A stretch of DNA of 36,501 nt, from positions 1 to 36,501 of the forward strand of contig CACZSZ010000022.1 of NCBI GenBank assembly GCA_902783945.1, given 5' to 3'. The position numbers and the translations under genes were made by a program. The DNA comes from an uncultured Lachnospiraceae bacterium (GTDB lineage Bacteria > Bacillota > Clostridia > Lachnospirales > Lachnospiraceae). The notes beneath the pieces are model-generated. The model worked only from the letters and a program-made list of their open reading frames with translations. It searched no databases and was not told the DNA's origin. Of the stretch, positions 9,348-20,299 are shown in pieces (within the stretch, counting starts at the first letter, position 1; every line of letters begins with the position of its first letter).

Positions 9348-12194
9348 ATGAGTAAAACGGAAGTCATAAATGCTCCGCGTCCCTTTATCCGTATCCGGGG
9401 TGCGGCTGAAAACAACCTGAAAAATATTGATCTGGATATTCCGCGGGACAAGCTTGTGGTCCTGACGGGATTATCCGGCTCCGGAAAAAGTTCTCTTGCG
9501 TTCGACACGATCTATGCGGAGGGACAGCGCCGGTATATGGAGAGTCTGTCTTCCTATGCCCGGCAGTTCCTCGGTCAGATGGAAAAGCCGGATGTGGAGA
9601 GCATCGAGGGACTGCCTCCGGCTATCTCCATCGATCAGAAGTCGACAAACCGGAATCCCCGCTCTACGGTAGGAACGGTGACAGAAATCTATGACTACTT
9701 CCGGCTGCTGTACGCTCGGATCGGAATCCCGCACTGTCCGAACTGCGGGCGGGAGATCAGCCGGCAGACGGTGGATCAGATGGTCGATCAGATCCTGAAA
9801 CTTCCGGAAGGCAGCCGGATCCAGCTGCTGGCGCCTGTCGTGCGCGGGAGAAAAGGGCGTCATGAAAAGGTGCTGGATCAGGCTAAACGGTCCGGCTATG
9901 TCCGAGTCATGGTTGACGGAAGCCAGTATGATCTGTCAGAGGAGATACGGCTGGACAAAAACCTGAAACATAATATAGAGATCATTGTGGACCGTCTGGT
10001 CGTGCGGCCGGGCATAGAAAAACGTATGACCGACTCAATTGAGACGGTGCTCGGTCTCACGAACGGACTGCTGCTGGTCGATACCATGAACGGCAGTACT
10101 ATGAGTTTCAGCCAGAGCTTTTCCTGTCCTGACTGCAATATCAGCATTGACGAGATCGAACCGCGCAGTTTTTCTTTCAACAATCCGTTTGGGGCCTGTC
10201 CTGCCTGTGCCGGTCTCGGATTTAAGATGGAGTTTGCGGAAGAACTGATGATTCCGGATCCGTCGCTTTCTATTGACGATGGCTGTATTGCCGTCATGGG
10301 ATGGCAGTCCAGCAGTCAGAAAGGCAGCTTTACCAGATGCCTGCTGGAAGCACTCGCGGAGCAGTACGGTTTTCGCCTGGACACCCCGTTCGAGAAATAT
10401 CCGAAAAAGATCCATGATATCCTGATTTACGGAACAGAGGGAGAAACCGTAAAAGTTCATTACAGGGGACAGCGTGGAGAAGGAGTCTACGATGTGGCGT
10501 TTGAGGGGCTGATCCGCAATGTGGAGCGGCGTTATCGCGAGACCTATTCCGACTCGAGCAAGCAGGAATACGAGTCTTTTATGCGGATCACACCATGCCC
10601 CGAGTGCCGGGGACAGAGACTGAAACCGACTTCTCTGGCCGTGACGGTGGCGGACAAAAATATTTACGAGATCACAACCCTTTCCATAGAGAATCTGACG
10701 GCGTTCCTGCAGACAATGACACTGACGAAGCAGCAGGAACTGATCGGGAGACAGATCCTGAAAGAGATCAGGGCACGGGTCAATTTCCTGATGGAGGTAG
10801 GACTGGATTATCTGACACTGTCGCGGGCGACGGGTTCGCTGTCCGGCGGCGAGGCGCAGAGGATCCGTCTTGCCACACAGATCGGGTCCGGCCTGGTCGG
10901 GGTTGCCTATATCCTGGGCGAGCCCAGTATCGGGCTGCACCAGCGGGACAACGAAAAGCTGCTGGGAACCCTGCGGCATCTGCGTGACCTCGGCAATACT
11001 GTGATCGTCGTCGAACACGATGAGGATACGATGCGCGCGTCAGATTATCTGGTGGACATCGGACCCGGAGCCGGCGAACACGGCGGAGAAGTGGTGGCCT
11101 TCGGGACGGTAGAAGATGTGATCGCCTGCGTGCGTTCCGTGACAGGGGCCTATCTGTCCGGCAGAATGAAGATCCCGGTTCCGGAACACAGAAAACAGCC
11201 GGCCGGGTGGCTCACGATCCGCGGAGCGCAGGAACACAATCTGAAAAATATTGACGTGCAGATACCTCTTGGCGTCATGACCTGTGTGACCGGTGTCTCC
11301 GGTTCCGGCAAGAGTTCCCTGATCAATGAGATCCTGTACAAACGGCTGCAGAGAGATCTGAACAGAGCACTGGTGATCCCGGGCAGGCATAAAAGTATCG
11401 AGGGAGAGGAGAAGCTGGACAAAGTCATCGCGATCGACCAGTCGCCGATCGGCAGAACGCCCCGTTCCAATCCGGCGACCTATACCGGTGTATTCGATAT
11501 GATCCGCGATCTGTTTGCCTCCACACAGGATGCAAAAGCGCGCGGTTACAAAAAAGGAAGATTCAGTTTTAATGTCAAGGGCGGACGGTGCGAAGCCTGT
11601 GCCGGCGACGGTATCATCAAGATCGAAATGCATTTCCTGCCGGATGTCTATGTGCCCTGCGAGGTGTGCGGGGGAAAACGATACAACCGGGAGACACTGG
11701 AAGTCCATTATAAAGGAAAGTCGATCTATGACGTGCTGAATATGACGGTAGAAGAAGCACTGACATTTTTTGATCACATACCGTCGATCAAGCGAAAGAT
11801 CCAGACACTGTACGACGTCGGCCTGTCGTATATCCGGCTGGGACAGCCATCCACGGAACTGTCCGGCGGCGAAGCCCAGCGTATCAAGCTGGCATCGGAA
11901 CTGTCAAAGCGGAGTACCGGCAGTACGATCTATATTCTGGATGAGCCGACGACAGGCCTGCATTTTGCGGATGTGGACAAACTGATCCGTATCCTGCAGC
12001 GGCTTGCGGAAGGCGGCAACACAGTCGTTGTGATCGAGCACAACCTCGATGTGATCAAAACGGCAGATTATATACTGGATCTCGGTCCGGAAGGCGGCGA
12101 CCGCGGAGGCACCGTGATCGCAGAAGGAACACCGGAAGAGATTGCCGCAAACGAAAAGTCCTACACGGGGCAGTTCCTGAAGAAATTGTTATAA
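9348..12194 (+). CDS. uvrA: Excinuclease ABC subunit A
   Basis: Two Walker A motifs ([16 protein letters not shown]), two LSGGEAQR signatures, zinc fingers. The first Walker B reads ILGEP instead of ILDEP (see findings). Confidence 0.97.
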   Translation: MSKTEVINAPRPFIRIRGAAENNLKNIDLDIPRDKLVVLTGLSGSGKSSLAFDTIYAEGQRRYMESLSSYARQFLGQMEKPDVESIEGLPPAISIDQKSTNRNPRSTVGTVTEIYDYFRLLYARIGIPHCPNCGREISRQTVDQMVDQILKLPEGSRIQLLAPVVRGRKGRHEKVLDQAKRSGYVRVMVDGSQYDLSEEIRLDKNLKHNIEIIVDRLVVRPGIEKRMTDSIETVLGLTNGLLLVDTMNGSTMSFSQSFSCPDCNISIDEIEPRSFSFNNPFGACPACAGLGFKMEFAEELMIPDPSLSIDDGCIAVMGWQSSSQKGSFTRCLLEALAEQYGFRLDTPFEKYPKKIHDILIYGTEGETVKVHYRGQRGEGVYDVAFEGLIRNVERRYRETYSDSSKQEYESFMRITPCPECRGQRLKPTSLAVTVADKNIYEITTLSIENLTAFLQTMTLTKQQELIGRQILKEIRARVNFLMEVGLDYLTLSRATGSLSGGEAQRIRLATQIGSGLVGVAYILGEPSIGLHQRDNEKLLGTLRHLRDLGNTVIVVEHDEDTMRASDYLVDIGPGAGEHGGEVVAFGTVEDVIACVRSVTGAYLSGRMKIPVPEHRKQPAGWLTIRGAQEHNLKNIDVQIPLGVMTCVTGVSGSGKSSLINEILYKRLQRDLNRALVIPGRHKSIEGEEKLDKVIAIDQSPIGRTPRSNPATYTGVFDMIRDLFASTQDAKARGYKKGRFSFNVKGGRCEACAGDGIIKIEMHFLPDVYVPCEVCGGKRYNRETLEVHYKGKSIYDVLNMTVEEALTFFDHIPSIKRKIQTLYDVGLSYIRLGQPSTELSGGEAQRIKLASELSKRSTGSTIYILDEPTTGLHFADVDKLIRILQRLAEGGNTVVVIEHNLDVIKTADYILDLGPEGGDRGGTVIAEGTPEEIAANEKSYTGQFLKKLL

Positions 12195-12219
12195 AGAAAT
12201 ATTACTGAGGAGGGTTGGA

Positions 12220-13221
12220 ATGCCGGCAGTAACAGATATCGGTATTGATCTGGGCACATCGACTGTAATTGCATATGTAAAAGGAAAAGGGATCCTGCTG
12301 CAGGAACCATGTCTGGTGGCCTATGACAGAGATAAGGATGCCATCCGTGCGATCGGAGAAGAGGCGGAGCAGACCGTCGGACACGCCACGGGAAATATCA
12401 TGGCAATACGCCCTCTGCGGGAGGGGTCGATCACGGATTTCCCCATTATGGAACAAATGCTGCAGTATTTTATCCATAAGTCTATGGGACACCGGAACTT
12501 TTTGAAACCGCGGATCGTGATCTGCATGCCCAGCGGCGTGACAGATATTGAGAGGCAGGCCATTGAAGAGATCACCTACCGTGCCGGCGCCAGGGATGCC
12601 ATGATCGCGAAAGCGCCGGTCTGCGCGGCGATGGGTGCCGGTCTGGATATACTGCGTGCCAACGGCAATATGGTCGTGGATGTGGGCGGAGGTATCACAG
12701 AAATTGCATCGCTGTCTCTGGGCGGTGTAGTCGTTTCGCAGACACTGAAAGTTGCCGGAGAAGCGTTTGATGAAGCTATTGTTCAGTATGTCCGGGAGAC
12801 ATTCGGACTGTACATAGACGTGACGACTGCAGAAAAGATCAAGATCGGACTTGGCTCTACGCGCCGCCGGGGCGGCGTGCTGACCCGCATGGAGGTGCGG
12901 GGCCGGGATATCGACGCCGGATTCCCGCGGACCATTTCCCTGACACCGGATCAGGTGCGGGAAGCCGTCTCGGGAAGAGTGCGCCAGATCGTAGAAGCGG
13001 TCCGGACGATCATTGAAAAGACACCTCCGGACCTGGCTGCTGATATTTCGACCCGCGGGATCGTACTCACAGGAGGAGGCGCACAGCTGGCCGGACTGGA
13101 TAAAGCGGTCGAACGGCTGACCGGGATCCCGACAGTCCTGTGCGATGACCCGCAGACGGCAGTAGCCCGCGGCACCGGACAGTATATCCGGCAGATGGTG
13201 AGACTTGAGCAGGAGCACTAA
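12220..13221 (+). CDS. mreB: MreB/Mbl-family actin-like protein (divergent)
   Basis: IGIDLGT, IRPLREG, VVDVGGG, AGEAFDEAI, AEKIKI, IVLTGGGA; GGAGG RBS. Confidence 0.85.
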   Translation: MPAVTDIGIDLGTSTVIAYVKGKGILLQEPCLVAYDRDKDAIRAIGEEAEQTVGHATGNIMAIRPLREGSITDFPIMEQMLQYFIHKSMGHRNFLKPRIVICMPSGVTDIERQAIEEITYRAGARDAMIAKAPVCAAMGAGLDILRANGNMVVDVGGGITEIASLSLGGVVVSQTLKVAGEAFDEAIVQYVRETFGLYIDVTTAEKIKIGLGSTRRRGGVLTRMEVRGRDIDAGFPRTISLTPDQVREAVSGRVRQIVEAVRTIIEKTPPDLAADISTRGIVLTGGGAQLAGLDKAVERLTGIPTVLCDDPQTAVARGTGQYIRQMVRLEQEH

Positions 13222-13265
13222 GGCATCTGTCCCAAATAGTATACCTTTTAAAATTTACAGACTAT

Positions 13266-15497
13266 ATGAGTGAAAAGATCAGCGGATATGTAGAACATAT
13301 CATCTATCACAACGAAGAAAACGGCTACACCGTCCTGACGATGGCGGTATCCGGAGAAGAGTTGACGGTCGTCGGCAGCATCGCTTCTGTTAACGAGGGC
13401 GAATACCTGGAAGCAGAGGGTGACTATAAACTGCATCCGACATACGGGCAGCAGTTTCAGGCGGAGCACGTAAGGGTGGCCATCCCGGCCAACGGGGTCG
13501 CGCTGGAACGGTATCTGGCCAGCGGCGCTGTCAAGGGGATCGGGGAAGCTCTGGCGGCACGTATCCTGAAACGCTTCGGCGACGACACGCTGCGTATTCT
13601 GGAAGAAGAACCGGAGAGGCTGGCGGAAGTCAAAGGCATCAGCGATCGAAAAGCACGGGAGATCGGGCAGCAAATAGAAGAACGGTCACTCATGCAGAAT
13701 GCGCTGATCTTTTTGTCGCAGTACGGAATCTCGCTGACCCTGGGGATCCGGATCTATGAGTACTATCAGGACAGGCTGTATGCAGTATTAAGAGAAAACC
13801 CATATGAACTGGCAGAGACGATCCGCGGAGTCGGCTTTAGGATCGCGGATGAGATCGCGGAGCGCGCCGGCATCCGGCCGGACTCGGAATACCGCATACG
13901 AAGCGGTCTGTACTATGTGCTGACACAGGCATCGGCACAGGGACATCTTTATCTGCCGAAGGGGGAATTACTGCAGCAGGCCGGGCAGCTTCTCGGGGCG
14001 GAAACAGAGGTCATGGAGAAGTGCCTGACGGATCTGACGCTGGACAGAAAGCTGATCGTGCGCAGTGAGACCGGAGAAGACGGAACGGAACGGGTGTTTG
14101 TCTACACGGCGCAGGCTTTCTTTCTGGAACTGCATACAGCCCGTATGCTCCGGGAACTGAATGTGGAGATGCCGCAGAACAGGGAGGAGATACGGAAGAA
14201 GATCACCCGCATCGAAAATGAAGACGGCATGGAACTGGATCCCATGCAGAAGGATGCTGTGGTCACGGCTGCGGAACACGGTCTCACTGTCCTCACCGGC
14301 GGACCCGGCACGGGAAAAACGACGGCGATCAATACGATGATCCGTTTTTTTGAACGGGAGAGAAGGTCGATCGTGCTGGCGGCGCCTACAGGCCGTGCAG
14401 CCAAAAGAATGACAGAGGCAACCGGCTGTGAGGCATCCACGATCCATCGTCTTCTGGAAGTATCAGGGACCATGGATGATGCCGGACGCGAGGGGAAATT
14501 TGCGCGGAACGCTGACAATCCTCTTGAAGTCGATGTGATCATCATCGACGAAATGTCCATGGTGGATATCTATCTGATGCACGCACTGCTTGAGGCAGTT
14601 GTACCCGGGACCCGGCTGGTCCTTGTGGGCGACCAGAATCAGCTGCCGAGTGTCGGACCTGGCAGCGTCCTGCGGGACATCATCCGCTCAGAGGTATTTC
14701 CCGTTGTGAAGCTGACACATATTTTCCGGCAGGCACAGGAAAGTGATATCGTCGTCAACGCACACCGGATCCAGGCAGGCGAAGAAGTACGGCTGGACAA
14801 CGAAAGCCGCGATTTCTTTTTCCTGCAGCGCGATGACATAAGGGTCATCCAGAAAATCCTCCTCGTAATGGTGACGGATAAGCTGCCCCGCTACGTGCAT
14901 GCAGATCCGTTTGATGTACAGGTGCTTTCACCCACACGCAAGGGGGTGCTGGGGGTGGAAAACCTGAATCCGTTTCTTCAGCAGTATATCAATCCGCCGG
15001 GGCCGGATAAAAAAGAGAAAGAGACACCTTCGGGTATTTTCCGCGAAGGAGACAAAGTGATGCAGATCCGCAACGATTACCAGCTGGCCTGGGAAATCCG
15101 CGGCAGGTACGGAATCGTGGCACAGCAGGGTCTCGGCGTATTCAACGGTGATCTGGGACGCATCCGGCAGATCTGTCCGGAAGCGGAGACTCTCACGGTA
15201 GAATACGACGAAGGCCGCATGGCGGAGTATTCGTTTAAACAGCTGGATGAACTGGAGCTGGCCTATGCCGTGACAGTCCACAAGGCGCAGGGAAGTGAAT
15301 ATCCGGCTGTTGTCATTCCGCTGCTGGGTGTACCGCGGATGCTGCAGACTAAAAACCTGCTGTATACAGCTGTGACAAGAGCGAGACAGTGCGTGGTATT
15401 GACGGGGGACGCACAGATCTTTCGCGATATGGTCGCAAATGAAACGGAAGAGCGCCGGTATACGACACTGGCAGAGCGCATCCGGGAACTGCATTGA
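13266..15497 (+). CDS. recD2: ATP-dependent RecD2-like DNA helicase
   Basis: N-terminal OB and HhH regions (VKGIGEALA), GGPGTGKT, APTGRAAKR, IIDEMSM, GDQNQLPSVG, AYAVTVHKAQGSE, LYTAVTRA. Confidence 0.95.
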   Translation: MSEKISGYVEHIIYHNEENGYTVLTMAVSGEELTVVGSIASVNEGEYLEAEGDYKLHPTYGQQFQAEHVRVAIPANGVALERYLASGAVKGIGEALAARILKRFGDDTLRILEEEPERLAEVKGISDRKAREIGQQIEERSLMQNALIFLSQYGISLTLGIRIYEYYQDRLYAVLRENPYELAETIRGVGFRIADEIAERAGIRPDSEYRIRSGLYYVLTQASAQGHLYLPKGELLQQAGQLLGAETEVMEKCLTDLTLDRKLIVRSETGEDGTERVFVYTAQAFFLELHTARMLRELNVEMPQNREEIRKKITRIENEDGMELDPMQKDAVVTAAEHGLTVLTGGPGTGKTTAINTMIRFFERERRSIVLAAPTGRAAKRMTEATGCEASTIHRLLEVSGTMDDAGREGKFARNADNPLEVDVIIIDEMSMVDIYLMHALLEAVVPGTRLVLVGDQNQLPSVGPGSVLRDIIRSEVFPVVKLTHIFRQAQESDIVVNAHRIQAGEEVRLDNESRDFFFLQRDDIRVIQKILLVMVTDKLPRYVHADPFDVQVLSPTRKGVLGVENLNPFLQQYINPPGPDKKEKETPSGIFREGDKVMQIRNDYQLAWEIRGRYGIVAQQGLGVFNGDLGRIRQICPEAETLTVEYDEGRMAEYSFKQLDELELAYAVTVHKAQGSEYPAVVIPLLGVPRMLQTKNLLYTAVTRARQCVVLTGDAQIFRDMVANETEERRYTTLAERIRELH

Positions 15498-16234
15498 AAA
15501 GAATAAAACAGAGCTGCGGTCTGTTTTTCAGAGCAGGAGATAAGGAGAACAGGTCAAAAGGCAGAGAGGAAAAAACGAAGCTTCCGTGGGGAGAGCGTCT
15601 CCGGCGGTGGCTGTATCCGGCGCACTGTGCCCTGTGTGACGGACTCCTGTCGGGAAGAGAAAAGGGCCTGTGTGCTTCATGCAGGCGGCGTGTCCAGATT
15701 TCCTGTCTCTGTTTTGAAAACGGATTTGCACCGTTTCCTTACCGGGGCGTGTACCGCGATGCGGTGCGGCGGTTCAAGTACAGCGGCAGAGCAGAGTATG
15801 CCGTGTTTTTTGCGGAAGCCATAGTATGTGCCGCGCAGAAATCTGTACTGCCGCCCGGATACGGTTTTCCGCGTTCCTGGAGACCGGATGTTCTGGTGCC
15901 GGTACCGATCCACCGGAGCCGTTTCCGTGAGCGGGGATATAATCAGGCGGAAGAACTGGCACGTGAACTCGGCCGTCTCCTGCATATTCCCTGCGACACG
16001 AAACTCGTGGTACGGATCAGGGATACCCGGCCGCAGAACGCCCTGACGCCGGAACAGAGGAAAGAAAACGTAAAACACGCATTTGCCGTAAAAAAGCATG
16101 CGTCAATCCCGGCCAGAGTCCTGCTGGTCGATGATATCTACACGACCGGGAGTACGCTGAAGGAGCTGGAGAAAGTGCTCTGTGGGTGCGGAGCACGTGA
16201 AATATACAGGGTCTGCATCTGCCTTGCCGTATAG
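15494..16234 (+). CDS. comF: ComF family protein (ComFC-like, PRTase fold)
   Basis: CALC...CASC zinc site, VPVPIH...RERGYNQA, LLVDDIYTTGSTL. The TTG start overlaps the recD2 stop; exact start uncertain. Confidence 0.88.
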   Translation: MKRIKQSCGLFFRAGDKENRSKGREEKTKLPWGERLRRWLYPAHCALCDGLLSGREKGLCASCRRRVQISCLCFENGFAPFPYRGVYRDAVRRFKYSGRAEYAVFFAEAIVCAAQKSVLPPGYGFPRSWRPDVLVPVPIHRSRFRERGYNQAEELARELGRLLHIPCDTKLVVRIRDTRPQNALTPEQRKENVKHAFAVKKHASIPARVLLVDDIYTTGSTLKELEKVLCGCGAREIYRVCICLAV

Positions 16235-16258
16235 TTTTCCGGGAAAACAGATCACGAC

Positions 16259-16287
16259 TGGATATGGGAATCGTTTTATGGTACACT
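16259..16287 (+). promoter_or_regulatory. Sigma-A-like promoter for the membrane protein-cdaA-cdaR unit
   Basis: TGGATA, 17-nt spacer, TACACT preceded by TGn (extended -10). Confidence 0.5.
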
Positions 16288-16308
16288 ACCATCGGAGGAA
16301 ACTGGAAT

Positions 16309-16749
16309 ATGGTAGATAAAGACAGACTATATCGCATGATCGCGCTGGCGCGGTTCGAGAAAAAGAATGAGGACAAGGCGCTGCGGATCAATAAAACCTA
16401 TGAACAGGATTTTGTGTCCTATGCACTGATCAGGAATTTCTTTCTTACGACGATCGCGTTCGCGCTGCTGCTCGTCGTATTTGTCATGTATAATATGGAT
16501 TTCTGGCTGAGCAATCTGAATAATCTGAATTTCCAGCCGCTTCTGATCGCACTGATCCTGGGATATCTGATCATGCTTGGAATCTACTCGGTCATTGCCT
16601 TTACGATCGCACGGCTGCGCTACACACGTGCGGCAAACAGTGTGCGGCAGTACACGCATGAGCTGGACAGACTGGGAAAGATCTACCGGGAAGAGGACAA
16701 ACTGATCAAGAGTATTGACGAGGACAAAGAGGAGAGCGAGGAGGCTTAA
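16309..16749 (+). CDS. Hypothetical two-TM membrane protein
   Basis: GGAGG RBS before ATG 16309; two hydrophobic helices; charged tail. Confidence 0.75.
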   Translation: MVDKDRLYRMIALARFEKKNEDKALRINKTYEQDFVSYALIRNFFLTTIAFALLLVVFVMYNMDFWLSNLNNLNFQPLLIALILGYLIMLGIYSVIAFTIARLRYTRAANSVRQYTHELDRLGKIYREEDKLIKSIDEDKEESEEA

Positions 16750-16758
16750 GAAACGATA

Positions 16759-18000
16759 ATGAATCTGCTTATCAGACTGAAAGAAACACTTAAAGACATT
16801 TATGCCGATTATGATCTGATCATACGGCCGGTGCTTAAATTCGGACTGGCGATCATGATCTTCATGATCATCAATAATGAGCTGGGATATCTGAGCGCGC
16901 TGAACAATCTGTTCGTACTGATCATTCTGGCGGTGATCTGTGCGATCCTGCCTCTGAACGGGATCGTCGTGATCGGTGTTCTTCTGATCGTAGCACACTG
17001 TTTCGGACTCGGAGTGGAAGTAGGCGGTTTTGCAGCCATCCTGTATCTGCTGATGACGCTGCTGTATTTCCGTTTTGCACCCAAGGATGCTCTGGCGATC
17101 CTGCTGACACCTGTGGCGTTTATATGCCGCGTGCCGGTCTCAATCCCGCTTTGTCTCGGTCAGATCCGCGGCGTGCTGTCTTCCATTTCCGTGGCTTTCG
17201 GAATTCTGTCCTGGGCATTTATCCAGTCCGTGCACACTGTGATAGAGCCGCTGAAGAATGTGCCGGATGTTTCACTTCTGGATGTGCTGCAGGCTATGCC
17301 GAACGCGCTGCTCACACAGGAGACGATCCTGCAGATCATCATTTTCGTGGCAGTTCTTCTGATCGTGGCGGGCATACGGAGACTGGGCAGTGACTATGCC
17401 CACGAAGTCGGCATTGTGATCGGTGCTGTCGCATATATGTTTCTGACTGTATTCGGCGCAAGAATGATCGGACTGGAACTTGATTTTCAGGAGATCCTGA
17501 TCAATACAGTGGGATCGATCCTCATTGCATTCTTCCTGAAGATTTTTTACTTCAGTGCGGATTATTCGTCCAGTGAACGTCTCCTTTTCGAAGATGATCG
17601 GTATTATTATCGTGTAAAGGCAATTCCGAAGAGAAATCCGGTCGACAGCCGCACGGGAGAACTTCTTGAGGCGGAGTCGGATGCTGAAATGCCGTATGTG
17701 GACGTCAAACGGTTCCGTCAGATCCGGGAAGAGGAGATTGACCGGAAATTCAAAGGGATCAATCTGCAGTCCAAGTTGGAGCAGTCACTTCGGAACTTTG
17801 AAGTAGACGCAGAAGACGACAGAGCGCCGTCGGAACAGCCGGATACATCTGTCCGGGCAGCCGAGGAGCAGCCGGGATCAGCGGTCGTGTTTGCCGAGGA
17901 GCAGCCGGAATCAGCGGTCGTGTTTGCCGTCGAGCAGCCGGCATCGGAGGTCCTGTCTGCTGAAGAGCAGCCGGAAGGGGCTTCTGAAGAACAGGGGTAA
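16759..18000 (+). CDS. Hypothetical polytopic membrane protein with acidic repeat tail
   Basis: Many hydrophobic segments followed by FEDDRYYYRVKAIPK and an acidic low-complexity C-terminus. Confidence 0.8.
   Translation: MNLLIRLKETLKDIYADYDLIIRPVLKFGLAIMIFMIINNELGYLSALNNLFVLIILAVICAILPLNGIVVIGVLLIVAHCFGLGVEVGGFAAILYLLMTLLYFRFAPKDALAILLTPVAFICRVPVSIPLCLGQIRGVLSSISVAFGILSWAFIQSVHTVIEPLKNVPDVSLLDVLQAMPNALLTQETILQIIIFVAVLLIVAGIRRLGSDYAHEVGIVIGAVAYMFLTVFGARMIGLELDFQEILINTVGSILIAFFLKIFYFSADYSSSERLLFEDDRYYYRVKAIPKRNPVDSRTGELLEAESDAEMPYVDVKRFRQIREEEIDRKFKGINLQSKLEQSLRNFEVDAEDDRAPSEQPDTSVRAAEEQPGSAVVFAEEQPESAVVFAVEQPASEVLSAEEQPEGASEEQG
17860..17976 (+). repeat. 33-bp in-frame tandem repeat (AEEQPxSAVVF), about 3.5 copies
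   Basis: gccgaggagcagccgg..tcagcggtcgtgttt repeated, degenerating toward the 3' end. Confidence 0.8.
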
Positions 18001-18091
18001 TATCCATCGCTGCAGCTGGTGGAAATGGATCTGAACAGCGGCTTCAGTCCGGCCAGGCAGCTGCTGAATGATCCGAAGGGGAGGAAACATA

Positions 18092-18952
18092 GTGGATGGC
18101 CTGGTGAACTGGCTGCAGGGTATCCTGAAGTGGCTTGTTCCGCCGAAACCGATCGGCGTGATCGATGTCATACAGGTACTTCTGCTTGCATTTCTTGTCT
18201 ATAAACTGATACTCTGGATGAAGAATACAAGGTCCTATACGCTGCTGCGGGGGATCGTGTTTATCATTGCGTTCGTCGTGCTGGCCAATGTGTTCAACAT
18301 GGAAGTCATCGTATGGCTCCTGCAGAACGTCGGTGTTGTGGCTATCACGGCGATCATCATTATCTTTCAGCCTGAGCTCCGCCGCATGCTGGAACGTATG
18401 GGACAGAGCAATCTCATGTCATCTATTCTATCCATAAACCGGTCCGGAGATGAGAATAAGAGATTCAGCGATCACACGCTGAACGAACTGGTCCGCGCCT
18501 GTTATGAAATGAGTGAGGAGCGCACAGGCGCTCTGATCGTGCTGGAGAAAGATATTCCTCTTGAGGAATACGAAAAGACCGGAATTCCGATCGATGCCGT
18601 CGTTTCCAGCCAGCTGCGTGTCAATGTTTTCGAACACAATACGCCGCTTCATGACGGAGCTGTTCTGATCAGAAATGACAGGATAGCAGCCGCCACCTGT
18701 TATCTGCCGCTTTCTGACAATATGGATCTGAGCAAGAAACTCGGGACGCGCCACCGCGCCGCCGTCGGAATCAGTGAAGTCAGTGATTCCTTTACGATCA
18801 TCGTCTCTGAGGAGACGGGGCATGTATCATATGCCCAGAACGGTCGGATTTACAGCGCGGTCACGCCGAGTGAACTTCGTGAAATGCTCCTGGATAACCA
18901 GCTGCTGATCCGCAGGAGACCGGCAAGAGAGAGAGGAGGCAGCGCAATATGA
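18092..18952 (+). CDS. cdaA: Diadenylate cyclase CdaA/DacA
   Basis: Three N-terminal TM helices, FQPELRR, GALIV, PLHDGA and GTRHRAA catalytic motifs, VSEETG; GTG start at 18092 after GGGAGG. Confidence 0.95.
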   Translation: MDGLVNWLQGILKWLVPPKPIGVIDVIQVLLLAFLVYKLILWMKNTRSYTLLRGIVFIIAFVVLANVFNMEVIVWLLQNVGVVAITAIIIIFQPELRRMLERMGQSNLMSSILSINRSGDENKRFSDHTLNELVRACYEMSEERTGALIVLEKDIPLEEYEKTGIPIDAVVSSQLRVNVFEHNTPLHDGAVLIRNDRIAAATCYLPLSDNMDLSKKLGTRHRAAVGISEVSDSFTIIVSEETGHVSYAQNGRIYSAVTPSELREMLLDNQLLIRRRPARERGGSAI

Positions 18953-20265
18953 AAAAATTCCTGGGCAGCTTCCGCAATAATATCGGTCTGAAACTGATTT
19001 CTGTCCTGGTCGCTGTCGTGATCTGGTATGTTGTGGTAGATATTGACGATCCGGTCGTAACGAATACCTACACCGTCAAGATCACTGTAGAAAACGAAGC
19101 GTATATTGCCAGCGGCAAAGAAATCTATCATATAGACGATGCCAACAAGACTGTCGGTGTGTCTGTCCGGGCCAACCGGTCGACACTTCGAGGTATTTCC
19201 GAAGATGACATAACGGTCATAGCTGACCTGACACAGATTGTTGATATGGACCGTGAACCGGTTATGGTCCCGCTGAGAGCGGAATGCAAGGGAGTGCCTC
19301 ATACGAATATCACACTGTCCAGAACAACGATCCCCATCACGATCGAGTCGATCGCGACAAAGACGTTCGCCGTGGCTGTGGATACAGGGGAATCCGTACC
19401 AAGCGAAGAATATGAAGTCGGACGTCTGACAGCAAGCCCGGACCAGGTTGTGATCAACGGACCGGAATCTATCATCAATCAGATCGATACTGCCGTTGCG
19501 CGTATTGATGTTACCGGTATGACAATGGACAGCGCGAGGGAGGCCAAACTGATCCTTCTCGGCAAGGATCAGAGCGAGATTTCGGAAGATACGATCCAGG
19601 ATGATCTGACATTTGAGGGCGGTACGCCGAATATTACGGTTTATGTAGAACTGTGGAAGCGCCGCAGCGATGTCGTGCTGGATGTACAGTATCACGGGAT
19701 ACCTGCGGAGGGATACCACGTGGAAAGTGTTACCACGACACCTGATACGATCACCGTTGTCGGTGACAGACAGGCTCTGCTGAAGCTGACGCAGGACGGA
19801 AATATTATCAGTACGCCTGCAGAACTGATCGATATAGAAGGCGCTTATGAAGATGTGCTCGCAGAGATCAATCTGACGGAGATTCTTCCCGAAAATATGC
19901 GTCTGGCACGCAATACGGCAGAAGAAGCGGCGACAACGATCGCCATACGGTCGGATGAGACAAAAGAACTCGTGATCGATGTGGACAACATTCAGGTGCA
20001 GAACCTGGATTCCAACCTGGCAGTATCCTACGGACAGGCAGAACTGACTGTCCGGATCAAGGGATCCGGAGTGAATTTTGACAGTGTCACGGAAGATAAT
20101 ATTGAAGCATTGATCGATCTGGAAGGGCTGGAAGCAGGGGATATGTCTGTGCCTGTAAGCTTTACTCTGCCGGCAGGCGTGACAGTAGACGAGGCCGTAT
20201 CACTGAATATCAGTCTGAAGGAAAAGGTGACTGCTCCGGCGGAAGTCAGTGAGAGTGATGAATAG
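18949..20265 (+). CDS. cdaR: CdaR / YbbR-domain regulator of CdaA
   Basis: NNIGLKLISVLVAVVIWYVV anchor and repeated YbbR-type P-x-x-V-x-I-x-G motifs; ATGA overlap with cdaA. Confidence 0.9.
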   Translation: MKKFLGSFRNNIGLKLISVLVAVVIWYVVVDIDDPVVTNTYTVKITVENEAYIASGKEIYHIDDANKTVGVSVRANRSTLRGISEDDITVIADLTQIVDMDREPVMVPLRAECKGVPHTNITLSRTTIPITIESIATKTFAVAVDTGESVPSEEYEVGRLTASPDQVVINGPESIINQIDTAVARIDVTGMTMDSAREAKLILLGKDQSEISEDTIQDDLTFEGGTPNITVYVELWKRRSDVVLDVQYHGIPAEGYHVESVTTTPDTITVVGDRQALLKLTQDGNIISTPAELIDIEGAYEDVLAEINLTEILPENMRLARNTAEEAATTIAIRSDETKELVIDVDNIQVQNLDSNLAVSYGQAELTVRIKGSGVNFDSVTEDNIEALIDLEGLEAGDMSVPVSFTLPAGVTVDEAVSLNISLKEKVTAPAEVSESDE

Positions 20266-20299
20266 GTTTTCAGATTAAAAGGAAAGTATGTTAATATCG

